The notes under the pieces were generated by a model. The model worked only from the letters and a program-made list of their open reading frames with translations, was not told where the DNA came from and searched no databases. Below are positions 38,284-49,973 of a stretch of DNA of 64,000 nt, piece after piece (position 1 is the stretch's first letter; the number at the start of each line of letters is the position of its first letter). Source of the stretch: a bacterium (GTDB taxonomy: Bacteria; Patescibacteriota; Minisyncoccia; UBA6257; UBA9933); the NCBI GenBank assembly GCA_021786355.1, contig JAJYNK010000009.1, positions 517 to 64,516 on the forward strand. The letters are read 5' to 3'. A program made the position numbers and the translations under genes.

Positions 38284-39495
38284 ATGAAGCTCAAGTTTGA
38301 CGAAGAGCGAGCGCTCGCGGTATTCCAAGCGCTCGAAAAACCGTACGTCGACGAAAGCGGAATTTACAAAACAGCTACTTTACCCCAAAACCGTTTCCAA
38401 CCAGAGGTGGGAGCACGCGAATACGCAAATTGGCTCTTCTTCCTGTCTCTGTTCGAAAGAGGCGGAATAGTAAGCGGCGACACTATGAAGTTCTTGTGGC
38501 AACTTCACCAGGATCTGCCTGAACTCTACGAGCCCCAAATTGTATCCACCAGCTGGACCCCGCAAAAGATTGAGGATGCATTTAAGACGGTCGCACCCAA
38601 AATCCTCAATGGCAACGGTACCGGTGAAGTCGGCGCAGGTTCCTTAAGCTACAAGCTCAGCGAACACACCGCCGCCTGGTACCGCAACGCGGTCACGCTC
38701 CACAAACACTGGGGTGGCGACATCCGCAATGTTTTCTGGGGCGTCACAGAATTCGAAGAGTCTTTCCGTAGGGTGGATTATCATAACAACCCGGCTGGCT
38801 TCAATGGCATGAGGCGTAAGATTTTTTCCCTATTGGTTATCTGGCTACAGGAAAAAAACTTCATCCCTCTTTTCCCTGGACCTATTCCGGTGGACTTCCA
38901 TGCTATGCGGGTCCTCTGGGAAACAGACATTCTTCGGCTTAACGGTTTCGCCAAACCATTCGAACCCAAGGAAGGAAAACACAGCCCGGCTCTCGCAGGC
39001 AAAATCTCAATGCGCGTCAGCGAGAAATTTATGGATACTATTGCAAAATGGTCCCAAAAATTTCTCCTGAAACACAAAATGAGTCATATGGTTATCAACC
39101 CGGCCCTGTGGCTGCTCTCTCGCGATCTTTGCGCGGAGCAGTTTCAAAACATCACCTTTGCCCAGAAAGCTGAAAATTCAATGGCGCCCGGCAATGAAAG
39201 CGCAGTGCCAAAAACCGGTTCTCGCATGCGTCATTTCCGCAAAGCAAAAGAGGCTATGCGCTTCACCGAGGCGGAAGATCTGCGCCAGAACCACGCTTTA
39301 TGGTCCGCCGGCTACAAGGATCCCTGCGGCCACTGTCCTATTGAAAAGTGGTGTTCGTGGTCCATACCGGCTGCCCCTTATTACACTTGGGGCATCATGG
39401 TTCGTTCCGGTCCCCGCGTTCCCTACCATTCTCCGCTGATTCCTGGAATGTTATGCCCTTCCAGCTATCAATCCCGTAAACGTTCACGCAAGTAG
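38284..39495 (+). CDS. Divergent HhH-GPD (endonuclease III-like) protein
   Basis: FNGMRRKI, IPVDFHAMRV, LWLLSRDLC...PCGHCPIEKWC. Confidence 0.6.
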   Translation: MKLKFDEERALAVFQALEKPYVDESGIYKTATLPQNRFQPEVGAREYANWLFFLSLFERGGIVSGDTMKFLWQLHQDLPELYEPQIVSTSWTPQKIEDAFKTVAPKILNGNGTGEVGAGSLSYKLSEHTAAWYRNAVTLHKHWGGDIRNVFWGVTEFEESFRRVDYHNNPAGFNGMRRKIFSLLVIWLQEKNFIPLFPGPIPVDFHAMRVLWETDILRLNGFAKPFEPKEGKHSPALAGKISMRVSEKFMDTIAKWSQKFLLKHKMSHMVINPALWLLSRDLCAEQFQNITFAQKAENSMAPGNESAVPKTGSRMRHFRKAKEAMRFTEAEDLRQNHALWSAGYKDPCGHCPIEKWCSWSIPAAPYYTWGIMVRSGPRVPYHSPLIPGMLCPSSYQSRKRSRK

Positions 39496-39527
39496 CCCCG
39501 CTGTTTTTCCAGGCGGGGCGTTTTTTT
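39495..39527 (+). terminator. Intrinsic terminator
   Basis: GCCCCGC...GCGGGGC followed by a T-run. Confidence 0.7.
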
Positions 39528-39528
39528 A

Positions 39529-39666
39529 CCCCCACACCAAAGAAAGATCTAAATTTTTTCGAAGTCAAAAATATTTAAGAAATAACAGTAATTATTTAAC
39601 AAAACAATATAAAAAACCACTAACAAAGAAATTTAATCGCTTCGCAATCTTTCTTTGGTGAGGGGG
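39529..39666. mobile_element. Inverted-repeat element (CCCCCACACC type)
   Basis: CCCCCACACCAAAGAAAGAT/ATCTTTCTTTGGTGAGGGGG (19/20); TTTA on both flanks. Confidence 0.8.
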
Positions 39667-39777
39667 TTTATTAACACCTTACGAACAAAATCTCTTGCTT
39701 TAAAACGCCGATTACTGATAATATGCCTTTAGAACACTGCTAATTTAAAATTCTGAGCTTATATAAAATTTGAGGAG

Positions 39778-40803
39778 GTGTTTGGGATGAAGAAAATCGG
39801 TCCGATTCCATTAGAACAACTTGTCAAAGACGATGTTAACCGAGTAATCCAACATGCTTCAATAATTATTTCGCTCACGCCCGAAGGACCTATGATTTTC
39901 GCCAACCCGAAGCCGACGTTAAATGTACTGGCGGTTATTGGACCCGGAATAGGAACTCCTTTTAAACGCTTTTTTGAACGAGCCCTGCTTTTGGAAGTGG
40001 GCATTGGAGTTGGACGGCCTTACCACGAAGCAAAAAGTTCGATTGAAAAAACATCCAGCGGCAAGCCAAAAAGCATCCCAAAACGCCGTAAATGGTTTCG
40101 TCTTACCGAACAGCAATATATCCAGGTGGCTTCGTGGATTTTCCCCTGTTTGCAAGAAATCACCAACCAGAAAGTAGCGAATTGGAAATGCAATCATGAA
40201 AGTCCGTTTTTTATTCCGACTTCCCGCCACTACTTTTCTCGCCATCAAAAAACCCTTTTCATCGAAGAGGGGTACAAATCGTGGCCGCGGGGGACGCGCT
40301 TTGCCGTATCGCTTGAAGACCGCTTCTTGCTCTCCGATATTTACTGGGCGGAAAAACACAACCCCGACTTGCGCCGGCGCCTGAAAGGTCTCGCTAAATT
40401 TATAGATCTGCGGCTTAATTTCTCCGGCGCCAAAAAAACAAAAAGTCGTCCTCGCAAAGAATTCCGGGAGCTAAAACGTTTTGTACAAGTTGCCGGAATA
40501 CTTGAGAAACGCAACTTGCCGGTCCGGCACATTGTTGACCTCCTTGATTTTCTGCCGCTGAAAAATGGTCGCAGCCGCAGCCTGTATTACTACGAGATTT
40601 CTCACTTACTCGGCTATACCGGCGAAGAATTTAGGGAGGAAAAATTCGTCCATCAGGCATTGGCCAACCCGAGCCAACGACTCAACGGCATTAAGCTCCG
40701 AATCACTACTGGCCTCTCATGCCGGGACCATATTGTTTTTGAAATATCCACCAATCTCCCCGTGGGAGAAGAGATGCCTCTTCCCGCGCCTGTCCCCAAA
40801 TAG
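39778..40803 (+). CDS. Hypothetical basic protein
   Basis: 341-aa ORF; SD GAGGAGGT before the ATG at 39787. Confidence 0.65.
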   Translation: MFGMKKIGPIPLEQLVKDDVNRVIQHASIIISLTPEGPMIFANPKPTLNVLAVIGPGIGTPFKRFFERALLLEVGIGVGRPYHEAKSSIEKTSSGKPKSIPKRRKWFRLTEQQYIQVASWIFPCLQEITNQKVANWKCNHESPFFIPTSRHYFSRHQKTLFIEEGYKSWPRGTRFAVSLEDRFLLSDIYWAEKHNPDLRRRLKGLAKFIDLRLNFSGAKKTKSRPRKEFRELKRFVQVAGILEKRNLPVRHIVDLLDFLPLKNGRSRSLYYYEISHLLGYTGEEFREEKFVHQALANPSQRLNGIKLRITTGLSCRDHIVFEISTNLPVGEEMPLPAPVPK

Positions 40804-40933
40804 CATAAATTGCCGGGGGTGGGCGCTTTTTTTGTGATTGCGGGTTTTTTGAGTAATATTTGCTAACCCCTTGACACCAACAACCGCCATGATAAAATGG
40901 ATTATTATCGCTTAACAGGCGATTTTTTGTTTG

Positions 40934-41009
40934 CCCTGTAGTGAATTTTGGCTTGATAAAATCTGATTTTATTCGCTTTTGGCGAAGACAGCCAAAATCT
41001 ACTACTGGG
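40934..41009 (+). mobile_element. Inverted-repeat element (TAGTGA/CTACTA type)
   Basis: GTAGTGAATTTTGGCT/AGCCAAAATCTACTAC; TTG flanks; homologous to 14630-14708; a degenerate further copy follows at about 41028-41089. Confidence 0.75.
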
Positions 41010-41180
41010 TTGAAAAATCAAAAATATGCCCGGTTAGTGAAAAAACGATTGATTTCTACAGCTTTTTTCCAACCAAACCGTCGCTGGGCATAAATTAACT
41101 AAAAACATAATTTTAGGTAAAACAGAGGCGAAACAAATTAAAATCTTATTTTAATTTAGATCGTTTTTCTACTACCGGGT

Positions 41181-41696
41181 ATGGGTAAACGTCTAGCTTT
41201 TTTACTTGCTTTAACCAGTATAAACCTGGTTTTTGCCGCAGAGGAGCTTACATTCGCAAACCCTAAAACTAACGGGTTTGACAGTAAAAAATTGGCTTCG
41301 AGTGAATCTACAGTGATGATTTTTGACGGCGCAGTGGCGTCAAAATCAGCTCTGGCAAACACAAAACAGCTGAAAACCGCGATTTCTTATGAAGTTGCGG
41401 ATGTGGATAGAGTAACCGTAACCGGTTATTCCAGCACCGAATCCGAAACCGACGAAACGCCGTTTATAACCGCTACCGGCAAATATGTTTTCCCGGGAGT
41501 GGCGGCCAGCAATGTCCTGCCTATCGGAACCAAATTCCGCTTGCCAAGTCTCTTTGGCGACAGAATTTTCGTTGTCGAAGACAGAATGCATTCAAGATAT
41601 AACGGCAAAAAATGGGTAGATGTCTGGTTTGACAGTCAGGACAAAGCTCTAAAATTTGGCAAGAGATTTTCATCGATTGAAATTTTAGAGGGCTAA
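41181..41696 (+). CDS. Secreted 3D-domain (MltA-like) peptidoglycan-related protein
   Basis: Signal peptide; TGYSS...ETD..P.ITA.G, VVEDRM, VDVWF...A..FG. Confidence 0.85.
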   Translation: MGKRLAFLLALTSINLVFAAEELTFANPKTNGFDSKKLASSESTVMIFDGAVASKSALANTKQLKTAISYEVADVDRVTVTGYSSTESETDETPFITATGKYVFPGVAASNVLPIGTKFRLPSLFGDRIFVVEDRMHSRYNGKKWVDVWFDSQDKALKFGKRFSSIEILEG

Positions 41697-41739
41697 TTCC
41701 TCAGAATATTCCTTCGGAACTAGTCGAATAGAATCGACC

Positions 41740-41773
41740 AACCCCGCCAGTCTATGGACTGGCGGGGTTTTTT
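41740..41773. terminator. Intrinsic terminator
   Basis: AACCCCGCCAGTC-tatg-GACTGGCGGGGTT followed by a T-run. Confidence 0.8.
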
Positions 41774-41967
41774 ACGCGGGCGACCATGATTTTCACTACT
41801 CGCGCGCGCCTCGCTAAGCTCGGCACGGCTGCGTTCTAAAACCCTGCGGTTTTAGTATTTCCGCAACGGGAAAACGAGTTTTCCCGACCCCTTTCTTGGC
41901 GGTTCAAATCCGCGATTCACATCAGAAAAATAAAACAACAGTTTCGACTGTTGTTTTATTTTTCTTG

Positions 41968-42041
41968 CGCGGGCGACCGGATTTGAACCGGCGACCTCTG
42001 CCGTGACAGGGCAGCGCTCTACCAGACTAAGCTACGCCCGC
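41968..42041 (-). tRNA. tRNA-Asp(GUC)
   Basis: GCGGGCG/CGCCCGC acceptor stem, CTGCC-CTGTCAC-GGCAG, GGTTCAAATCC. Confidence 0.95.
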
Positions 42042-42695
42042 TTGCCGGTATATATTATATTTTCTCCTTAAATAAATCAACTTTTCTGGATTACGCTCGT
42101 ACATGAACATAAATAATTTTCCTGAGTCCCTAATAGAATAATTTAGATACCAAGAATTATCGCTTTTTTTAAAAAGTGATCCTGTAAGATTTATCGAATC
42201 CGATAAGGCCTTTTTTAACTCCTTGATAAAAACTTCGCTTCCTGAAGTAAACCGGCTAAGAAGTACTCGCGATTTGTTTTTTCGATCCGCTTTTTTAAAA
42301 AACCCGAATGAAACATTTCCGCCTCCATCAAAATAACCTCGCACAAAGTGGCAAAAATATTTACTTGGGACGCGTGGTAATTTTATTGTTTTGCTTTTTG
42401 CCGGAGTAAGACCTAATTTTATTAAGTCACAAAACATGGCCTTACTCCCTATTTGCAATCTATAAACGGTCTTGTGCTTTTTATCTCTTTGAATAATCGA
42501 AATTTTATGGTTTGATTCAAGAGTTTTTTGAATTTCTCTTAATAAATCCGCGTCTGTAATTTGAAACTCTATAAAATGCGCGCCTCTTTTGTTTTTAAGC
42601 ATATTCCCATCCGCCGTGAAAAACCCCAAAATATACGCCATTTCCGGAGTCCATTTTTTGAAAAAATTTTCGTTTTTTGTTTTATAAATCGGCAT
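42027..42695 (-). CDS. Double-motif LAGLIDADG protein overlapping the tRNA-Asp 5' end
   Basis: MAYILGFFTADG and HFVRGYFDGGG motifs. Confidence 0.85.
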   Translation of the reverse strand: MPIYKTKNENFFKKWTPEMAYILGFFTADGNMLKNKRGAHFIEFQITDADLLREIQKTLESNHKISIIQRDKKHKTVYRLQIGSKAMFCDLIKLGLTPAKSKTIKLPRVPSKYFCHFVRGYFDGGGNVSFGFFKKADRKNKSRVLLSRFTSGSEVFIKELKKALSDSINLTGSLFKKSDNSWYLNYSIRDSGKLFMFMYERNPEKLIYLRRKYNIYRQAGVA

Positions 42696-42729
42696 TTATA
42701 CCAATTTTACCACAAAAAACATGGATTTT

Positions 42730-43563
42730 TTACTTCGGTTTTATAACTATAAATCTTTTCTTCCACCCTTTTTTAAATTCCTCTGTTGTGGCTTTTCTCT
42801 CAATAAGATTTGGATTGTTTATGTCGGGATCGGCGAATAAAACAATGTCGCCGTCTATCCCAAAAATAACCACCAAATGTCCGCCGTTTTGCGGATTTAG
42901 ATTCTTATATATGGAAGCTATGACCGGCCCGTTTTTTAACTCTTCAATCATTCGTTCAAAAGCGGTTTCCGTTTCTTCTTTCGCGAAATCAAATCTATTG
43001 CCCCTTAAACCAAAGTGTTTTACTGCGGCGTCTATTAATCCTTGATGCAGCCACCCTATGTTTTCTACATAAGCTTTGTTTTTGACCCCGTCGGAAATTA
43101 TAAAGTCAACTAAAAATTCGGAAAGTTTTTTCATCTTATCTTCGTCTACGTTTTTTGTCGGCCAAGCTCTTTCCAAGTGGTATAGTATACTATACCACTT
43201 GACTGAGTCGTGTTCGTCTAATAATTCGTTGAGTTTGTTTGTTTCGTTGCTTATCCAGTTTGCGTCATTTACGCTAGAAATAATCTTTGAATCTTTTAAA
43301 AGTTTTTTAATCGCTTTAACTACGTTTGGATCTTTTTTTGAAACACAATAAATCACAATCATCGCCAAAGAAGCGGGACCGCAGACTCTTTTTGCCCAAA
43401 ATTCGTTGCAGCCGTCGCCTTCGCAAAGCCCCTGTCCGTCCGGCAGGCGGGCATACCCGCTTTTGCCGATATCCAAATGCTGAGAAATGTTAACCGGAAG
43501 ATGGTGGCGAATTAAGAATTTTTTTTCCCGTCTTTTGTCCTGTTTTTTATTTATCGTATTCAT
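42730..43563 (-). CDS. Papain-like C39-type peptidase
   Basis: CGPASLAM, GPVIASI, GHLVV.FG, ADP. Confidence 0.75.
   Translation of the reverse strand: MNTINKKQDKRREKKFLIRHHLPVNISQHLDIGKSGYARLPDGQGLCEGDGCNEFWAKRVCGPASLAMIVIYCVSKKDPNVVKAIKKLLKDSKIISSVNDANWISNETNKLNELLDEHDSVKWYSILYHLERAWPTKNVDEDKMKKLSEFLVDFIISDGVKNKAYVENIGWLHQGLIDAAVKHFGLRGNRFDFAKEETETAFERMIEELKNGPVIASIYKNLNPQNGGHLVVIFGIDGDIVLFADPDINNPNLIERKATTEEFKKGWKKRFIVIKPK
43174..43201. repeat. TATAGTATACTATA palindrome, copy 4 (inside a CDS)
   Basis: 28-bp perfect palindrome encoding KWYSILYHL. Confidence 0.9.
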
Positions 43564-43724
43564 GCCCGGTAGTAGAACAACGATTTATAAATCAAATATT
43601 TCTAAATATTTGATTTATTCCGTTTATTTAAATTAGATTTGTTTATTTATAAATATCTTTATATTTTACCCTTCAATGATTTAATAACCAGAAAAGGAAT
43701 CGATCGTTGTTTCACTAACCGGGC
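43564..43724 (-). mobile_element. Inverted-repeat element at the peptidase start codon
   Basis: GCCCGGTAGTAGAACAACGAT/ATCGTTGTTTCACTAACCGGGC; ATG (minus strand) at both ends. Confidence 0.8.
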
Positions 43725-43799
43725 ATATTTTGTTAAATCTACTTGATATTGAAATTATTGCAATATTTTACTCATAAAAAGAGACTTTAAATGATATAA

Positions 43800-45971
<2,172 letters not shown>

Positions 45972-45979
45972 AAAAGAAT

Positions 45980-46006
45980 GCCCCTGCCTGAGACCAGGCA
46001 GGGGCT
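45980..46006. terminator. GC-rich hairpin terminator
   Basis: GCCCCTGCCTG-agac-CAGGCAGGGGC. Confidence 0.7.
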
Positions 46007-46123
46007 TAAAAAAATGAAATATTGCCGTAAATACCTACCCTCCTTTCGGTGTGCTAATTAAAACTTAGCACAGTATACAAAATTTGTCAATACCCTTAAA
46101 ATGTGGTATTTTATAACCCTATT

Positions 46124-47842
46124 ATGGCTTCCGCAACAGTAGAAAATTTAATAAAAATCTCCCGGGAAAAACGATTAACAAAATCAGTTGACGCGGCGCT
46201 TATTCAAAAAGCGTTTTCTTTTTCCAAGTCAGCGCACCAAGGACAAAAAAGAAAGTCCGGCGAGGAATATTTCAATCATTCGTACCAAACAGCCCTGCAA
46301 CTGGCCGAATGGGGACTAGACTCAAACACAATTTCAGCCGGCCTGCTTCATGATGTTGCCGAAGATACGCTTAAAACTCTTGATGATATAAAAAATACTT
46401 TCGGCGAAGAAATAGTTTTTTTGGTAAACGGCGTTACAAAGTTGGGTCGATTAAAATACCGAGGAACCCAAAGACAGGTGGAAAATTTAAGAAAAATGTT
46501 TCTGGCAATCAGCGAAGACCTTCGCGTGGTTTTAATAAAACTCGCGGACCGTCTTCATAATATGAAAACTCTCGGCGCGGTGCCTTTGCAAAAGCAAAAA
46601 AGAATAGCTCTCGAAACCGATGAAATTTACGCGCCTTTGGCATACCGGCTTGGAATGCAAAACCTGGCGGGCGAATTGGAAGATTTGTCCTTCCCATACC
46701 TTCATCCGCAGGAATACAAGTGGCTTAACGAAAACGTAAAAGAAAAATATGAAGAGCGGTTGAAGTATTTGGAAAAAGTAAAAATCGTTGTCAATGATTT
46801 ATTAAAAAAAATTGGTATTTCTCCGGCAGGAATAGATTTTCGCGCCAAACGCTACAGCAGTTTGTACAAAAAACTTATTCGCAACGAAATGAATTTGGAA
46901 CAGATTTACGACCTGGTCGCGTTCAGAATAATCGTTTCGTCCGTTGAAGAGTGTTACGCGACGCTGGGCGCTATCCACCAAATGTGGCCGCCGCTTCCGG
47001 GAAAAATAAAAGACTATATCGCTTTGCCAAAACCGAACGGCTACAGAAGCCTGCACACTACGGTTTTTTGCGTTGACAATAAAATTGTGGAATTTCAAAT
47101 CAGAACAAAAGAGATGCACGACGAAGCGGAAAACGGCATTGCCGCCCACTGGGCCTACCATGAAGCGAAAGAAAAAAACCTCGAAAATAAACCTGTTTTC
47201 ACCAGTAGAAAAGAACTGGAATGGGTTAATCAGCTAAAAAATTGGCAGGAAGAATTTTTAAATTCCGGAGAGTCTTTAGAGGCTCTTAAAATAGATTTTT
47301 TTAAAGACCGGATTTTTGCCATCACGCCGAAAGGGGAAGTGATCGACTTACCGGCCGGGTCCACGCCGGTTGATTTTGCCTATTCAATACACAGCAAAAT
47401 AGGGGACAATTGCGTCGGCGCGAAAATAAACAATAGAATTGTTCCGCTGGATTATCAAATTCAATCGGGCGATATGGTTGAAATACTTATTCAAAAAAAC
47501 AAAAAACCTTCCGAGTCGTGGGTGAGATTCGTGAAAACCGATATTGCCAAGAAAAGGATTCGTTCTTCTCTTAAAAAAGATCACTTGCCCGGAAGCCGAG
47601 AGCGTCTGCGCACGGAAATCAAAATCATCGCCGAAGACAGAATTGGCTTGTTAAAAGACATAACAAGCATTGTTTCTCGATCTCACATTAATATAAGTAA
47701 TGTTTTAACTGCCCCGACTTCGCCGATTTTAACGTCTATAAAATTTCTTTGCGACACAAACAACAAAGACAAAATCGAGAAAGTAATTTTGAAACTAAAA
47801 AAAATAAAAGAAATTAAGCAGATCGGCTCTAAACTTATTTAA
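46124..47842 (+). CDS. rel: Long RelA/SpoT (p)ppGpp synthetase/hydrolase
   Basis: LLHDVAED, KLADRLHN, DLVAFR, KPNGYRSLH, EFQIRT; TGS and ACT domains. Confidence 0.95.
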   Translation: MASATVENLIKISREKRLTKSVDAALIQKAFSFSKSAHQGQKRKSGEEYFNHSYQTALQLAEWGLDSNTISAGLLHDVAEDTLKTLDDIKNTFGEEIVFLVNGVTKLGRLKYRGTQRQVENLRKMFLAISEDLRVVLIKLADRLHNMKTLGAVPLQKQKRIALETDEIYAPLAYRLGMQNLAGELEDLSFPYLHPQEYKWLNENVKEKYEERLKYLEKVKIVVNDLLKKIGISPAGIDFRAKRYSSLYKKLIRNEMNLEQIYDLVAFRIIVSSVEECYATLGAIHQMWPPLPGKIKDYIALPKPNGYRSLHTTVFCVDNKIVEFQIRTKEMHDEAENGIAAHWAYHEAKEKNLENKPVFTSRKELEWVNQLKNWQEEFLNSGESLEALKIDFFKDRIFAITPKGEVIDLPAGSTPVDFAYSIHSKIGDNCVGAKINNRIVPLDYQIQSGDMVEILIQKNKKPSESWVRFVKTDIAKKRIRSSLKKDHLPGSRERLRTEIKIIAEDRIGLLKDITSIVSRSHINISNVLTAPTSPILTSIKFLCDTNNKDKIEKVILKLKKIKEIKQIGSKLI

Positions 47843-48170
47843 CTAAAAAAATTTCCTTTGAGATTATTTCAATTACTTCTTTTGCTTCGAGTTTAAAAAT
47901 TTTTGCCGCTGGAGAAATTAAAATATCAATTCCTTTTTTAGAGGTATTTTTTTCTTGATTTTTTCCTTGACGGAAATATTCAAAAATTATTCTTTTAACT
48001 CGGTTCCGCCGAACTGAACTTTTTTCTGTTTTTTTGCTTATGACTAAGCCGACGCGATCAAATGGAAGTTGATTGGCCAAATACCTGAAATAAAAATTGG
48101 AGGTTTTGATAATTTTCGGTTTTTTTGATAAAAATTCCTTAACCGGCAGACGAAATTTCTTTGCCAACAT
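47835..48170 (-). CDS. rnpA: Ribonuclease P protein component
   Basis: RVGLVISKK...SVRRNRVKR; downstream of rpmH. Confidence 0.9.
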   Translation of the reverse strand: MLAKKFRLPVKEFLSKKPKIIKTSNFYFRYLANQLPFDRVGLVISKKTEKSSVRRNRVKRIIFEYFRQGKNQEKNTSKKGIDILISPAAKIFKLEAKEVIEIISKEIFLVK

Positions 48171-48185
48171 TGGTTTTTGAAAAAA

Positions 48186-48320
48186 TTAAGCCGAAATTCT
48201 TTTTCTTCCTTTTGCTCTTCTTCTAGAAAGCGTTCTTTTGCCGCCGGAGGTTTTTGATCTCTTTAAAAATCCGTGCGAGCGAGCCCTTTTTCTTTTTTTG
48301 GGTTTATAGGTTATAGACAT
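48186..48320 (-). CDS. rpmH: 50S ribosomal protein L34 (below the ORF-track cutoff)
   Basis: [44 protein letters not shown]. Confidence 0.95.
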   Translation of the reverse strand: MSITYKPKKRKRARSHGFLKRSKTSGGKRTLSRRRAKGRKRISA

Positions 48321-48497
48321 TATTTATTATTGTAGTAAAATCTTTTTAAAAATACAAGGGGGGGGAGGATGGTTTTTCTTATGTTTTAAAAGCGTTTTAA
48401 AAGTTATCAACACTTAATTCACATTTCTATCTTTTGCCTGCATTTGACATCGCTTTTTTTACTTATAAACTTGAGTTATTAGTTTTACTTCTTTTTT

Positions 48498-49856
48498 ATG
48501 GATCACGAACAAGTTTGGAAACAGGTTTTAGCAGAGGTTGAAATTCAATTATCCAAGCCCAATTTTGTTACGTGGTTTAAAAACAGCCGCTTAATTGAAA
48601 AAAACGACGACGGTCGAGTCATTGTCGGGCTCGGAAATAATTTCGCCAAGGAATGGGTTGAGAATAAATACCATAAATTGCTTAGCGACATTTTTTATTC
48701 ACTTGATTCGTCGGTAAAAAAGGTGGAATACGCTGTTTTGACATTGCCTGCCGAACAAAGACCGCAACCTTATAGCCGAGCGCCCGCGGTTTCAAGCCAA
48801 CCGGCGCTTATAGAGGTAAGAATCGATCCGGAAACGAATCTTCATCCTCGTTATAATTTTAAATCTTTTATTGTTGGGTCTTCAAATGAACTTGCTTACG
48901 CCGCTGCGATGGGGGTTGTTAAAGAGGTTGGATCAAAATATAATCCTCTTTTTATTTACGGGGGCACGGGACTTGGTAAGACCCATCTTCTTCAAGCGAT
49001 CGGCAATGAAATTAAATTTAATTACAAAGAGCGGCTTAAAACAAAATATGTTCCTTCGGAAAAATTCGTAAACGATATTATTTCGGGAATTCGTAATAAA
49101 AGGATGGAGGATATAAAAGACAAATATCGAAGCGTCGACGTTTTAATTATTGACGACATCCAATTTATCGCCGGCAAAGAAAGAAGTGAGGAAGAATTTT
49201 TCCACACTTTTAATGTTTTATACGATAGCGGCAAACAAATAATAATCTCGTCAGATAGACCGCCAGCGGCAACACCAATTTTAGAAGAGCGCCTAAGATC
49301 TCGTTTTAGCGGGGGAATGATCGCGGATATTGGTTTTCCGGATTATGAAATGAGGGTGGCCATAATAAAATCCAAAATTCGAGAAAAAGGAATGGGCCTG
49401 GAAGATGCTTTATGCTCCTTAATAGCCTCTAAAATACAAAGAAATATAAGGGAATTGGAAGGGGTTTTGAATAAGATCGTTTTTTACCAAGAAGCTAAAA
49501 ATATAGAGCCGAGCCATGAATTAATTAATGAAATAATAGAAAAAAACATCAAACAAACATTTAAAAACGTTTCTCCGACTCAAATAATAAAAGCGGTTTC
49601 CGGTTTTTTTGAAATTACTGAAAAAGAAATTTCCGACCACTCGCGCCGAAAAGAATTAGTGGAGCCAAGACAGATTGCGATGTATTTATTGAAAGATATT
49701 TTGGGGATGTCCTATTCTGATATTGGGAATAAGTTGGGGAAAAGAGACCACTCAACGGTTATTCACGCGTGCGAAAAGGTCTCAAAAAAGATTAATAATG
49801 ACCAGAAATTAAACCAAAAAATTATTTTAGTTAGAGAAATCATCGAGAAGAATTAA
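48498..49856 (+). CDS. dnaA: Chromosomal replication initiator
   Basis: YNPLFIYGGTGLGKTHL, IDDIQF, RELEG, RDHSTV. Confidence 0.98.
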   Translation: MDHEQVWKQVLAEVEIQLSKPNFVTWFKNSRLIEKNDDGRVIVGLGNNFAKEWVENKYHKLLSDIFYSLDSSVKKVEYAVLTLPAEQRPQPYSRAPAVSSQPALIEVRIDPETNLHPRYNFKSFIVGSSNELAYAAAMGVVKEVGSKYNPLFIYGGTGLGKTHLLQAIGNEIKFNYKERLKTKYVPSEKFVNDIISGIRNKRMEDIKDKYRSVDVLIIDDIQFIAGKERSEEEFFHTFNVLYDSGKQIIISSDRPPAATPILEERLRSRFSGGMIADIGFPDYEMRVAIIKSKIREKGMGLEDALCSLIASKIQRNIRELEGVLNKIVFYQEAKNIEPSHELINEIIEKNIKQTFKNVSPTQIIKAVSGFFEITEKEISDHSRRKELVEPRQIAMYLLKDILGMSYSDIGNKLGKRDHSTVIHACEKVSKKINNDQKLNQKIILVREIIEKN

Positions 49857-49973
49857 TTTATCAACAGAATTTAAACATTATTTTTTTTGATTTTTTTATT
49901 TAATTAAATGAATTTTTGCGCTTATCCACAAAATTTCATTCCTCTACTATAACTACAATTTATATTTATTATT
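49857..49973. other. Probable oriC unwinding region
   Basis: DnaA boxes TTATCAACA (49858) and TTATCCACA (49922), then CTACTATAACTAC DnaA-trio-like repeats and an AT-rich tract; another box at 48404. Confidence 0.8.

Noticed and set aside
40871-41160. Riboswitch upstream of the 3D-domain gene
   Set aside because: A promoter and a small hairpin are visible, but the remaining structure is explained by inverted-repeat elements and I cannot match a known aptamer by eye.
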